Counted from the stretch's first letter, positions 10,506 to 21,223 are shown. The stretch: 64,000 bases of DNA from Rhodospirillales bacterium (GCA_038143065.1 JAYQLI010000035.1:544001-608000); one strand, 5' to 3'. Made by a program: numbers and translations. The notes: generated by a model not told the origin, from the sequence alone.

Positions 10506-11780
10506 CAGAAGCTGTATTCTATATATCGGGACTTTTTATCTCTGCAGGCATTGTTTATGCGGTGCTAACAGCCTTAATACGCTCTGACCTCTCCTCAAAA
10601 GATATAAGTTCAACCAATTTTGATTTAGCCGTTTTTCGTGATCAGCTAGATGAAATCGATCGAGACAGAGAGCTTGGCCGGTTGCCAGAAACGGAGGCGG
10701 CTGCCGCAAGGGCGGAAATAGAACGTAGAATGTTGCGAGCGGTTGATCGTTCGCCCAGTGAAGGGCACGTCGATGGTGAGGTGCCTGGAAGTATTATTTC
10801 TCGTGCTATTTTTCCTGTCTGTCTCGGATTTGTAGCGGTTTTAGCTTCGGGAGGACTATATCTTAACCTTGGAACTCTTGGACTTAAGGATGCCCCTTTA
10901 TCCAGTCGTCAAGATTCCCAGTCAGCTTCATCCGGTAGGGTATCTTCGAGTTCTGGAGGTTTAAGCGAGGGGAGGGCACTGATTGCCCGGTTAACAAAAC
11001 GCTTGCAAAACAATCCAAGTGATCTCAAAGGCTGGGTGACCTTGGGGCGGACACAGCGATCTCTTGGTGAATACAATTCAGCCGTAAAGGCTTTTGAGCG
11101 TGCACTCCAGGTCGCAGGGGAAAATAGTTCTGCAGAGCTTCTGTCAGATTATGGTGAAACATTAGTTTTTGAATCTTTTGGTACTGTTTCTCCAAGGGCG
11201 GTAGAGACATTTAGAAAGGCGCTTTCAAAGAACCCACAAGATATTAAGTCTCGATTTTATATAGCAGCCTCCAGATCCCAATTGGGGGACTATCGGGGTG
11301 CGATTGCCTTATGGCGTGGGTTAACAGCTGATGCCCCCTGATGCGCCTTGGCTTGAGTCGGTACGCGAACAGATCTCAAACGCGGCAATGAAGGGTGGGA
11401 TAATGCCAATGAGCGTCGAACCAGAAAGAGCCGTTAGTTCAACTAGTGGGCTCACGGGGGCGATTGCCGGGGATGTTCGACCTGACAAGGAAACAGTGGC
11501 TGCGGTTCAAGAAATGGCTCCCTCCGATCAACAAGCGTTCATCGGGTCTATGGTCCAACGCTTGGCTGATAGAATGGATAAAAATCCAGACGACGTAGAT
11601 GGTTGGCTTCGTCTTGGCCGTGCATACAAAGTGCTTGAAGACCCGCGAAAAGCTAACGATGCATTTAAGCGCGCGAAAATAAGTCTAGAAAAAGCTCTCA
11701 GTAAAGCGCCTGTTGGCTCTTCGACAAGGTCCAATCTTGAAAGAAAACTCCGTGATATTGAGGCTCTGATTAAAGGATGA
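10502..11780 (+). CDS. ccmI: Cytochrome c-type biogenesis protein CcmI/CycH, TPR-containing (frameshift near 11335)
   Basis: FRDQLDEIDRD…EIERRML, TPR motifs DLKGWVTLGR and DVDGWLRLGR; split at a C run (GATGCCCCCTGA). Confidence 0.9.
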
Positions 11781-12517
11781 TTAAAAGTCAGCAATTTGAT
11801 GATGGTAGGTTTGAGATAATTCTTTCAAGGCCAGAACGCAGAAATGCTCTTGATCTTGAGGCAATGGAAGCACTTCGAGCTTGTCTTAAAGAAGCTGTTT
11901 CCATTGATGCAAAATGCCTAATTCTTAGAGGTTCAGGTGGGGTATTTTGTGCAGGACGGGACTTAAAACAGGCCGCAACTCTCACCCAAGAACAGGCCTT
12001 AAAACAGCATCAGATCTGGGGTGAGGTATTCCAGAACCTGCGAGCACTGTCATTTCCATCTGTGGCCATTGTAGAAGGTGCTGCTGTTGCGGGTGGATTT
12101 ACGCTAGCTATGGCGACTGATTTTTTAATAGCTGAAGCAACAGCTAAATTTGGTGCTTTGGAGATGGCTAATGGGTTTCCAGCAGCTATGTGCACTCCAA
12201 TACTCGCTAACAAAGTACATTCAAGAATAGGGCTTGAACTCGCACTTTTTGGAACTTTAGAAACCGCCGCAAGACTTCATGCTGCCGGACTTATTAATCG
12301 TATTGCCGTGGGAGAAGAGGCGCTGCGCGGAGAGGCAGAGAACTTTATCAATCATATCTTAACACTAGATAACACCGCTGTTCGCCAAACGGTTGCGGCA
12401 TACAGAGCTGCTGAAGCGCAACCTTATGAGCAGTCATTGACCGCTGGCATCACCCTCAACCAGCTAATAGAGGCAAGCGGAAAATTTCGACAAGGTGGAT
12501 CGAAATTCTCTAGTTAA
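11777..12517 (+). CDS. Enoyl-CoA hydratase/isomerase family protein
   Basis: RPERRNAL, FCAGRDL, GAAVAGG crotonase motifs. Confidence 0.9.
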   Translation: MIKSQQFDDGRFEIILSRPERRNALDLEAMEALRACLKEAVSIDAKCLILRGSGGVFCAGRDLKQAATLTQEQALKQHQIWGEVFQNLRALSFPSVAIVEGAAVAGGFTLAMATDFLIAEATAKFGALEMANGFPAAMCTPILANKVHSRIGLELALFGTLETAARLHAAGLINRIAVGEEALRGEAENFINHILTLDNTAVRQTVAAYRAAEAQPYEQSLTAGITLNQLIEASGKFRQGGSKFSS

Positions 12518-12534
12518 AAAAGTAAAAACTATAG

Positions 12535-13461
12535 TCAGTCTGCCTGGAAGCGCCCCGTGGCTTTGGTTTGAGCTATTGCATCTTGCGTAGTCATATTACG
12601 AATAGCACGTTGAACTTTTTCAAATGCCCGGACTTCAATTTGGCGCACACGCTCACGGCTTACACCAAAATCCTTTGAAAGATCTTCCAATGTAACCGGA
12701 TCGTCGCGGAGCCGGCGTTCTGTAAATATATGACGCTCGCGTTCTGTTAAAGTGGCCATAGCTGCTTCTAGCATGCTGCGACGGTGATCTAATTCATCTG
12801 CCTCCGCCACAACGATGTCTTGAGTATCGCTGTCATCAACTAACCAATCCTGCCATTCGGCTTCGCCATCCTGGCGCATAGGGGCATTTAAAGATTGGTC
12901 TCCACCTGACATACGGCGGTTCATTTGAACCACATCGTCTTCGGAAACTGCCAGTGTTGTCGCGATCTGTTTCACACTTTCGGGAGCAAGATCTCCGTCA
13001 TCAATCTCCTTTATCTGCCCTTTTAACCGGCGAAGATTGAAGAAGAGCTTTTTTTGAGCCGCAGTTGTTCCCATTTTAACAAGCGACCATGAATAAAGGA
13101 TGTATTCTTGGATTGAGGCTCTGATCCACCACATTGCGTAAGTAGAAAGTCTAAATCCCTTCTCCGGTTCAAACCTTTTTACCGCCTGCATCATCCCGAC
13201 ATTCCCCTCAGAGATGAGCTCGGCAATCGGAAGACCATAGCCGCGGTAACCCATTGCAATCTTTGCAACAAGTCTAAGATGGCTCGTTACCATTTTGTGA
13301 ACTGCATCCACATCGCCATGCTCTTTCCAACGCTTGGCGAGCATGTATTCTTCGTCAGCAGCGAGCATAGGAAATTTACGGATTTCAGAGAGATATCTTT
13401 GTAGATTGCCATCCGCCGAGAGCGTAGGCACACTCGAGATTGTATCTGCGCTATTACTCAT
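12535..13461 (-). CDS. rpoH: RNA polymerase sigma factor RpoH (sigma-32)
   Basis: RpoH box QKKLFFNLR, SHLRLVAKIAMGYRGYGLP, VSRERVRQIE. Confidence 0.98.
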   Translation of the reverse strand: MSNSADTISSVPTLSADGNLQRYLSEIRKFPMLAADEEYMLAKRWKEHGDVDAVHKMVTSHLRLVAKIAMGYRGYGLPIAELISEGNVGMMQAVKRFEPEKGFRLSTYAMWWIRASIQEYILYSWSLVKMGTTAAQKKLFFNLRRLKGQIKEIDDGDLAPESVKQIATTLAVSEDDVVQMNRRMSGGDQSLNAPMRQDGEAEWQDWLVDDSDTQDIVVAEADELDHRRSMLEAAMATLTERERHIFTERRLRDDPVTLEDLSKDFGVSRERVRQIEVRAFEKVQRAIRNMTTQDAIAQTKATGRFQAD

Positions 13462-13529
13462 AACTCTTTACCTTCTAGCCATTGATGCGGCCTAGAACCA
13501 AGTCATCCTTACCATTAAGCAATGACACC

Positions 13530-14516
13530 CTATAAATGCGGTTTTTGTATGGCTTGTTCAAGTACTTCTTCTAAAATTTCTAGGTCAGGTGGCGTTTTAC
13601 TTAAAAAACTCAAGGTTTCGCCGGTCAATGGATGTTCAAACCCTAGAAGGCGCGCGTGCAAAGCTTGTCTTTTAAATGACGTAACAGAGTCCCGTGCTTC
13701 TGGTGTTAATTGACTGCGACGGGCAGGAGTAACTTTTCCATAAACAGGGTCGCCTATAAGAGGCCATCCAATGTGAGACATATGCACACGAATTTGATGT
13801 GTTCGACCAGTTTCAAGCCTGCATTCTAATTTAGCAGCAGCCAGGCCAAAACTCCTCTTTACGCTATAGTGCGTGATGGCCCTTTTGCCTGGAGTGCCTC
13901 CAACCGCCATGCGTTTTCTATCAGTACGATGACGTCCAATAGTAGTCTCTATGGAGCCATTGGATGGAGAGGGTAAGCCCCAGACATAGGCCGTGTATGC
14001 TCTTTCTGCTGTATGCGCATGAAACTGCTCTGCAAGACCATGATGGGCAGCGTCTGTTTTAGCAATAACAAGCAAGCCGCTTGTATCTTTATCAATCCGA
14101 TGAACAATTCCTGGCCGTTTAACTCCGCCAATTCCTGATAAACTATCACCGCAATGTGCTAATAGGGCGTTAACCAGTGTTCCAGTCTCTTGACCAGGTG
14201 CCGGATGTACGGTCATTCCAGCTGCTTTATCAACTACAATTAGAGAGTTATCTTCAAAAACTACGTTCAGTTCGATTTCTTCCGCAGAAGGCATTGCTGG
14301 GGCAGGAGGTGGGGGCAATGCGGTGAAGACATCTCCTTCCCTTGTTTTATCTGATGGGCGGAATTTAATTCCATAATGCTCCGAGTGCACATAGCCATGT
14401 GTGATTAAATTCGTAATTCGTGCACGAGAAAACTCTGGCCAAGCATCAGCTAAAAAGCGATCAATCCGCTTGCCTGCATATTCGTCACCAACAATTGCTG
14501 TAAAGGTCGTTGTCAT
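13530..14516 (-). CDS. rluD: RluD-type 23S rRNA pseudouridine synthase
   Basis: S4 domain, HRIDKDTSG, GRTHQIRVH; conserved neighbour of rpoH. Confidence 0.93.
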   Translation of the reverse strand: MTTTFTAIVGDEYAGKRIDRFLADAWPEFSRARITNLITHGYVHSEHYGIKFRPSDKTREGDVFTALPPPPAPAMPSAEEIELNVVFEDNSLIVVDKAAGMTVHPAPGQETGTLVNALLAHCGDSLSGIGGVKRPGIVHRIDKDTSGLLVIAKTDAAHHGLAEQFHAHTAERAYTAYVWGLPSPSNGSIETTIGRHRTDRKRMAVGGTPGKRAITHYSVKRSFGLAAAKLECRLETGRTHQIRVHMSHIGWPLIGDPVYGKVTPARRSQLTPEARDSVTSFKRQALHARLLGFEHPLTGETLSFLSKTPPDLEILEEVLEQAIQKPHL

Positions 14517-14616
14517 GATTTTATTTAATATTAAAGAACACATGATGGCGAAAGAGATAATCTATGGGCTATAAATATGGCCTGCCGCTAATTCGTGATG
14601 GGATTCGAGAGATATA

Positions 14617-14907
14617 ATGGCCTGGGTTAAAGGGTTAGTGATTGGGATGGGGTTACTGCTCTTGGCGGGTTTTGCCGTCATAGTCGTAACGTTGATCAAT
14701 CGAATTGGATCTAGCGATACTCAGGTAGATAGCGCTAATCAGGCAGAACTCACGATGAAGACGGGTGAGCGTCTTATCGAAATCTCGCTTGATGGAGCAA
14801 ATATATTGTTTCATTTTGAGGGCCCAGACGGAGCCCGGGTTGTGGTTCGGAAACTATCTAATGGGGCTAAGGTTTCCGAATTTAACATCCGCGGTGATAT
14901 AAAATAG
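14617..14907 (+). CDS. Hypothetical single-pass membrane protein
   Basis: ORF with N-terminal TM (VKGLVIGMGLLLLAGFAVIVVTLI), divergent from rluD. Confidence 0.7.
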   Translation: MAWVKGLVIGMGLLLLAGFAVIVVTLINRIGSSDTQVDSANQAELTMKTGERLIEISLDGANILFHFEGPDGARVVVRKLSNGAKVSEFNIRGDIK

Positions 14908-14917
14908 TTTTTCTGGA

Positions 14918-15475
14918 ATGATTGAAGGGTTTGACAATTCCCCAGCTGGGCTTGCTGAGTTAATTCAGCGTGTAGGGCAGTCCCGTGACAAAGCTGCCTT
15001 TGCAGACTTATTCAATTAATTTGCACCGAGAGTAAAATCTTATATGCGTCGCTTAGGTGCCGACGACGCGCAGTCTGAAGAACTGATGCAAGAAGCTATG
15101 ATTATGGTTTGGCGACGAGCCAATACTTACGATCCAGCTCGTGCTGCTCCGTCAACTTGGATTTTTACGATTGCGCGGAACAAGCGAATTGATGGTCTTA
15201 GGCGGGTAGCCTTTCCTGAAATTGATCCCAACGATCCGACCATAACTACTGCCCCAGAACAGCCAGATGATATTGTTTCAGGCTTAGAGGTTGCCAAGCA
15301 GATGCAGGAAGTAATTAAAACTCTTCCTGATGATCAGGCTGAAGCAATCAGGCTTGCCTACTATGAAGGTCTGTCACAATCTGAGATTGCGTCAAAATTA
15401 GGAATACCACTAGGAACGGTTAAGTCGCGCCTCCGACTAGCCTTGCAGCGCTTACGGGGTAGGTTGGCCGATTAA
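14918..15475 (+). CDS. ECF sigma-70 factor (RpoE/ECF11-like) with in-frame TAA at 15017-15019
   Basis: MIEGFDNS…RDKAAFADLFN*FAPRVKSYMRR…TWIFTIARNKRID…LGIPLGTVKSRLRLA in one frame. Confidence 0.88.
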
Positions 15476-15562
15476 AAAACTCTCCTAAAGGCTTTTTAGA
15501 AGAACGATATTCTGTAAGAGTAATTTCGCAATTTTGCGTTATTTCTTCTGAGGATAATCGTT

Positions 15563-15877
15563 ATGGCAAAAACCAAAGCTAAAAATGCCTATGAACTCGT
15601 TCCACAATTAGGAAAGCTTCGCGACGAAGTCTTATTCGGGGATGTTTGGGAGCAGGCAGAACTCTCTAAACGTGACAGGAGTCTGGTTACCTCTGCAATT
15701 TTGGCAGCTTTATACCGGACCTCTGAATTAGAGGGTCATATGCAAAGAGCGCTGGATAATGGCGTAACGCAGGATGAACTTAGGGGTTTAATCACGCACA
15801 CAGCTTTCTATGCAGGGTGGCCATGTGCCGTTAATGCGGGCCGAGTGGGACTAAAGATTTTTGAGGATGATCAATAA
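15563..15877 (+). CDS. Carboxymuconolactone decarboxylase (CMD/AhpD) family protein
   Basis: LFGDVWEQAELSKRDRSLVT, ALDNGVT, AFYAGWP. Confidence 0.9.
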   Translation: MAKTKAKNAYELVPQLGKLRDEVLFGDVWEQAELSKRDRSLVTSAILAALYRTSELEGHMQRALDNGVTQDELRGLITHTAFYAGWPCAVNAGRVGLKIFEDDQ

Positions 15878-15897
15878 CATTAAATAGGTTCCCCAAT

Positions 15898-15919
15898 GCG
15901 CTCAGATATCTCTGAGCGC
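15898..15919. terminator. Hairpin downstream of CMD gene (possible terminator)
   Basis: 9-bp stem GCGCTCAGA / TCTGAGCGC with TATC loop; no clear U-tract. Confidence 0.5.
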
Positions 15920-16038
15920 TGGGCAGCATATGTTTATAGTTTTGAGAAAAAAGCTGTGTCTCAATGTTATAAGCTTGGAATCACCTTCGAACATCCAGCA
16001 ATACTTTTATTAATTAAGCCTATGGAGTTTTTAAACGG

Positions 16039-17012
16039 ATGAAACCCCGCATTCTATTTGTTACAGACTTTCCCGCGGCAGCAGAATTCGGTAAAGAATT
16101 AGCGCCATCCGGTTATGAACTAATAATCGCTGAAGCCGGCACAAATGAATATGATAATGCTCTTCCGGAGGCAGATTTCCTCGTCGGTTTCGTCGATAAG
16201 TTAGTAAAGCCAGATTTATTTGCAGTCGGGAAAAAATTGAAACTGATCCAATTGCTTAGTGCTGGTTATGATAATGCCGATATTGAAGCAGCACGTAGTG
16301 CTAGAGTTCCAATTTGTAACAATGGCGGCGCAAATTCCGTCGCGGTTTCAGAGCATGCAGTATTGCTCATGCTGGCAGTCTCGCGACAACTTATAAAACA
16401 GCATGAAAATGTGCGGGGAGGACGTTGGCGGGGTAATTCTGCGCCGACCGTTCATGAACTTAGGGGTAAAACCCTTGGTATAGTTGGCCTCGGTAGTATT
16501 GGTAAAAAAACTGCGCGGTTAGCTCAGGCATTCGGAATGCCGGTAATTTATAATGATATTCAACGCCTCTCAGAGGCAGAGGAAGATGCTCTTGGTTTGA
16601 GGTTCCGATTGTTCCGAGAGCTTCTTCGAGAAGCGGACCTCGTTAGCTTGCATGTCCCCTTGAATGAGACAACCAGGGATTGGTAGGGCGTGATGAATTA
16701 ATGGAAATGGGAAAAGACGCAATCTTAATAAATACAAGTCGTGGACCAGTTGTAGATGAGTTAGCTTTAACAGAAGCATTGCAATCCGGTGTAATCGCTG
16801 CCGCTGGCCTTGATGTATTTGAAGAAGAACCTACTCCGCCAGATAATCCACTTTTACAACTCGATAACGTAACACTTACCGCCCACATGGCCGGACCAAC
16901 CTTTGAAAGCCATAAAGCGCGGGTACGTAATGCTTTTGATAATGTTGAGCGCGTTCAACGCAGTGAGACCGCTTTATGGATTATCGATGAGTTAGCTGAA
17001 TTGCGCGGATGA
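16039..17012 (+). CDS. D-isomer-specific 2-hydroxyacid dehydrogenase (frameshift near 16680)
   Basis: GIVGLGSIG, VSLHVPL; second ORF LINTSRG, AGLDVFEEEP, TAHMAG. Confidence 0.9.
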
Positions 17013-17881
17013 GATCACGTTCTGTCATTAGGGTAGTAAATTCTAATAAATTGACCGAAGGAGAAGGTTTTCCAATTCGCAGGCCTTTTCCCATAAGCAC
17101 GTGTGAAGATTTTGATCCTTTTTTGATGTTAGATGAAGTGGGGCCAGTTGAATGGTCTCCTGGTAACGCACTTGGTGCTCCGGATCATCCTCATCGCGGA
17201 TTTGAAACGATTTCATATGTTTTGTCGGGAGAAAAACTCCACGAAGACTCAACTGGTAAAACGCAAATTATAAGTTCGGGTGATGTGCAGTGGATGACCG
17301 CTGGGGCGGGAATAGTTCATTCCGAAATGCCTAGTCCTGAATTCAAGGCTACTGGTGGTAGAGCACATAGTTTTCAAATTTGGGTAAATTTGCCGGCGTC
17401 TCATAAACATGCAAGCCCTGGTTACCAATATGTGAGTAGTTCAGATATTCCAATTGCTGAAGACAACGGTATATCAGTGAAGGTTATTGCCGGAGAGGTG
17501 TTTGGCGTAGCGGCTAAGATTGGCACCCACACTCCAGTCTGGCTGCAGGATTGGCGAGTTACTACTGGAGCAAGTCAGACAGTTTTAACTCCTCCCGAAT
17601 TTAACATAGCGCTCTACGTTTTTGAGGGAGCTATATCTGTTGGTGAGGAGCAAACAAGAGTGCTAGATGGGCAAATGGCTATCTTAGGTGAGGGGACAGA
17701 GCTCTCTCTTCAGGCAGAGAAGGAAAATGGACGATTTCTCCTTTTAGCTGGCATGCCTCTCAATGAACCAGTAGCCCGCTATGGTCCATTTGTTATGAAC
17801 ACAAAGGATGAATTGATTACGGCGTTTGAGGACTATCAGGCTGGCATTCAACGTCTTGGTATTTCCAGCATTCAACGTTAA
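17009..17881 (+). CDS. Pirin family protein
   Basis: DPFLMLD, HPHRGFET, MTAGAGIVHSE, YGPFVMN. Confidence 0.95.
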   Translation: MRSRSVIRVVNSNKLTEGEGFPIRRPFPISTCEDFDPFLMLDEVGPVEWSPGNALGAPDHPHRGFETISYVLSGEKLHEDSTGKTQIISSGDVQWMTAGAGIVHSEMPSPEFKATGGRAHSFQIWVNLPASHKHASPGYQYVSSSDIPIAEDNGISVKVIAGEVFGVAAKIGTHTPVWLQDWRVTTGASQTVLTPPEFNIALYVFEGAISVGEEQTRVLDGQMAILGEGTELSLQAEKENGRFLLLAGMPLNEPVARYGPFVMNTKDELITAFEDYQAGIQRLGISSIQR

Positions 17882-17886
17882 GTTAT

Positions 17887-18315
17887 TTAGGAGCGCGACT
17901 TAGGCCTTATTTCCCAGTTAGCTGTGGTGCTCCAAAGCGTGGGTATCAAAACCCGCATTTTTAGTCGATCCAGTCAAGATTTTGTGGAGTTTCACGAGCC
18001 CAGGTGCGCTTGAGGTCATCACGAACATTGATGGTCAGGCGACGTCAGCAGCACACATTTCGAGGCCTTCAATTTCAACTTCTACCTTGTCTCCATCCTG
18101 AAATGTTCCGTTAAGGCCCCGATGATTTGTGCCAGTAGCGATAATATCTAGGCAGAGGGGGCAGCTTCAAAGCGTGAATAGATGTGATCCACTTCACCAC
18201 TTCAGGAAACTTCTGGCCCAGTATGAGGTATGTCATTCACGATATCGGTTACATCAACAACACCATCGCCTTTTACCACGCCCAACTTAAAGTCGTTAAA
18301 GTAACAAATGCGCAT
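17887..18315 (-). pseudogene. Truncated/degraded fumarylacetoacetate-hydrolase family gene (or locally collapsed assembly)
   Basis: Minus strand MRICYFNDFKLGVVKGDGVVDVTDIVNDIPHTGP, then out-of-frame fragments DIIATGTNHRGL…DGDKVEVEIEGL and INVRDDLKRTWARET; most of the catalytic middle is absent. Confidence 0.7.
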
Positions 18316-18360
18316 CTTGCGTCCCTCTCATTTTCTATAGTTTGAGCTCAGTGCTGGTTT

Positions 18361-19554
18361 TTATTGTGATGCAATTCGGTTGCGCATAGCGGAGAGCCAA
18401 AGTGCTGCAATTAAGGACAAAATTAAGAGCGGTAATGCGCCGAGATTTACCCAGGTCCATCCAAAGGCATGCATCAGCCCTCCAGAGGAGATGGCTCCGA
18501 TCGCCACAACTGTGAAAATTATAAAGTTTGTAGCCGCTTGAGTTTTTGCTCTTTCAGCTGCGGTATGCGCTTCAGTAAGTAGGTTCGTTGAAGCAGTAAA
18601 CGCAAAATTCCATCCTAAGCCTAGAAGTGCCATTGCTGCCCAAAAATGGATGACTTGTTCTCCGGCCAGAGCGATTAGGATACAAATAGCCTGAATTGTA
18701 ATTCCTACAGCAATGACTTTAATCGCCCCTAAGCGCTTTATAAACGCCCCTGTAAAGAACCCTGGCGCATACATAAAAAAGATATGCCATTCTATTACTA
18801 ATGCCGTTGATGAGAACATGTGATCCGCATGTTTCATAGCTAATGGCGTTGATGTCATCAGAAGGTTCATGACTGCCTGGGCAACAGTTGCACAGAGGGT
18901 GGCAACAATGAAAACTGGCTGAGCCATGATTGCCAATATTCCACGGCCACCAACTTTCCGTTCTTCTTGACTAAGATTAGGAATATCAACAGCCATAACG
19001 ACTATTCCACCAATCAAAGTTAGGACAACTAGAAAGGCATACGAGGCCATAAATGGCCGATTTTCGACCATGTGTTGGCCTAGTTTTGCAAGCTCTGGCC
19101 CGACAAAGGCAGCTACTAGGCCGCCTGTAAGAACTAGGGAAATTGACTTACTTTTGAAATCATCTGAGGCGACATCAGCGGCCGCAAACCTATATAGTTG
19201 GGCAAAGCCAGAAAATAAGCCAAATAAAAAGGCTCCAACGCAGAAGGAAGTGAAATCTTCTGTTTCGATACCCCAAATACAAAGAAGTCCTCCGATAACT
19301 CCAATAGCAGAACCGCAGGAAAATCCGGGTCCGCGTCCAATTCGGCGCATAAGGAGTGAGGCAGGAACACTGGCGGCAGCAGTTCCAGCAACGGCTAGAA
19401 ATATAGGTACCGTCGCAAGTGCTTTATTCGGAGCGATTACATAACCAATGAGTGGGCTCGTAGCTACAAGAAGCGATCGCCCTGAATTGTAAAGCATTTG
19501 GCAGGTTGCAAGGACAAAGACATTCCGCCAGTCCCGTGACTTAAAACTTATCAT
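18361..19554 (-). CDS. MFS transporter
   Basis: About 12 hydrophobic segments, YRFAAADVA, GLGWNFAF. Confidence 0.9.
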   Translation of the reverse strand: MISFKSRDWRNVFVLATCQMLYNSGRSLLVATSPLIGYVIAPNKALATVPIFLAVAGTAAASVPASLLMRRIGRGPGFSCGSAIGVIGGLLCIWGIETEDFTSFCVGAFLFGLFSGFAQLYRFAAADVASDDFKSKSISLVLTGGLVAAFVGPELAKLGQHMVENRPFMASYAFLVVLTLIGGIVVMAVDIPNLSQEERKVGGRGILAIMAQPVFIVATLCATVAQAVMNLLMTSTPLAMKHADHMFSSTALVIEWHIFFMYAPGFFTGAFIKRLGAIKVIAVGITIQAICILIALAGEQVIHFWAAMALLGLGWNFAFTASTNLLTEAHTAAERAKTQAATNFIIFTVVAIGAISSGGLMHAFGWTWVNLGALPLLILSLIAALWLSAMRNRIASQ

Positions 19555-19565
19555 TAATTAGATGC

Positions 19566-20357
19566 CTACTTACCTTTAAAAACTGGGGATCGCTTATCTG
19601 CAAATGCGCGCATTGCTTCTTTTGAATCTTCGTATTTCCCAAGCTCTCCTGTCATGCTCTGCTCGAAGCGATAACCATCACGCAGACTCATTTCTTCAAT
19701 TGTGTTGAGGGCATGCTTTGCAAGCGTCATCGCTATTGGACTTTTTGATGAAATATCTGCAGCCATAGCCTGGGCGGCTTCTAAAAGTTTCTCACTTGGC
19801 TCCACTGATTCCACTACGCCTAATCGGTATAATTCATCAGCGGGAACTCGGTATCCTGTAAACATCATCCGTCTAGTTAGAGAATGACCAAAGAGACGCA
19901 TGGCATGTCGTCCACCTCCTAAAAGGCCAACATTGATTTCAGGTAGACCAAGTGATCCACGCTCACCGGCTATTAAGATGTCGCAGGATGCTGCAATAGC
20001 GAGACCAGCTCCAAGTGCAGGACCATTTAGTGCGCATATCACGGGTTTTTTGCACTCAACGATGCTATGGAAAGTTTCTCTCGCGCGACGGCTACCTTGC
20101 CAATGGTCCCCTGGTTTGGGAGAAAGACCAGCACGAGCTTTTATATCTGCACCTGCGCAAAATATTTTACCTGCGCCTGTTAAAACAATGGATCGAACAT
20201 CTTCCATGTCACTTAGACGATCAAAAGCTAGGATGAGTTCGTCCATGAACAATGGACTCAATGCATTCACTGGTGGATTTTGCATCGTAACAGTCGCAAC
20301 AAAATCTTTAATCTCGACTTTAACGGCAGTGAGATCGTCCATGAAGTACCTCCCCAA
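19566..20357 (-). CDS. Enoyl-CoA hydratase/isomerase family protein
   Basis: PPVNAL, FCAGADIK, ALGAG, LPEINVG. Confidence 0.92.
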   Translation of the reverse strand: MGRYFMDDLTAVKVEIKDFVATVTMQNPPVNALSPLFMDELILAFDRLSDMEDVRSIVLTGAGKIFCAGADIKARAGLSPKPGDHWQGSRRARETFHSIVECKKPVICALNGPALGAGLAIAASCDILIAGERGSLGLPEINVGLLGGGRHAMRLFGHSLTRRMMFTGYRVPADELYRLGVVESVEPSEKLLEAAQAMAADISSKSPIAMTLAKHALNTIEEMSLRDGYRFEQSMTGELGKYEDSKEAMRAFADKRSPVFKGK

Positions 20358-20458
20358 TGTTTGCAGTTAGAACAATAGCGTACAGAACCCAGATTTAAGA
20401 ACTACTATCATTTAAAAGTAAGTAATAGGCTTCATTCTCTCAGTTAAGGAGCGATAAA

Positions 20459-21223
20459 ATGGGACGAGTTCATGGAAAGGTATCTCTAATAACCGGTGGG
20501 GGCTCCGGAATTGGGCGAGCCTCAGCTATTCTTTTAGCAAGAGAAGGTGCGAGTGTTGTTGTTACGGATTTAAATAAAGATAGCGCGGAGAAAACCGCCA
20601 ATTTAATTGCTGAAACCGGAGGCAGATCTAGATGGATGCAACAGGACACTACCGATGAGAAGCAATGGTTAGACGTTATTGGGTCAATTCGTAAACATGA
20701 AGGCAGTCTGCATATTCTTTTAAATAACGCCGGCGTTAGTAACGGCGGGAGACTTCTTAAAGATACTTCTTTAAACGATTGGCGATATGTGAATTCCGCA
20801 AATGTTGAGGGAGTTTATCTCGGTACTAAATATGGAATAGAACTTATGGAAGAAGATGGAACCGGCGGATCCATTATTAATATTTCGTCAATTTATGGAA
20901 AAGTAGGTGCCGTCGGCTCAGTTGCCTATAATGCGAGTAAAGGGGCAGTTTGCGTTTTGAGCAAAGGTGCTGCTCTGGAATGTGGGAAGGCGGGCAATAA
21001 TATTCGTGTAAACACTATTCATCCTGGTTTTATTGAAACAGGGATGACCAGAGAGAGATTGGCTAATGACACCACACGCAAGTGGTCGCTTTCCCGCACC
21101 CCAATTGGACGTTTAGGACAACCTGAGGATATTGCGAATGGTGTCCTTTATCTCGCAAGCGACGAAAGCTCGTTTGTAACTGGAGCGGAACTAGTCATCG
21201 ATGGTGGCTTTACAGCGGTTTAG
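20459..21223 (+). CDS. SDR family oxidoreductase
   Basis: TGGGSGIG, NNAG, YNASKG, IRVNTIHPG. Confidence 0.93.
   Translation: MGRVHGKVSLITGGGSGIGRASAILLAREGASVVVTDLNKDSAEKTANLIAETGGRSRWMQQDTTDEKQWLDVIGSIRKHEGSLHILLNNAGVSNGGRLLKDTSLNDWRYVNSANVEGVYLGTKYGIELMEEDGTGGSIINISSIYGKVGAVGSVAYNASKGAVCVLSKGAALECGKAGNNIRVNTIHPGFIETGMTRERLANDTTRKWSLSRTPIGRLGQPEDIANGVLYLASDESSFVTGAELVIDGGFTAV

Noticed and set aside
11330-11345. TGA in ccmI (and TGA ends of other split ORFs) as selenocysteine codons
   Set aside because: The protein continues in a different frame, so these are frameshifts rather than in-frame UGA; no Cys-aligned position
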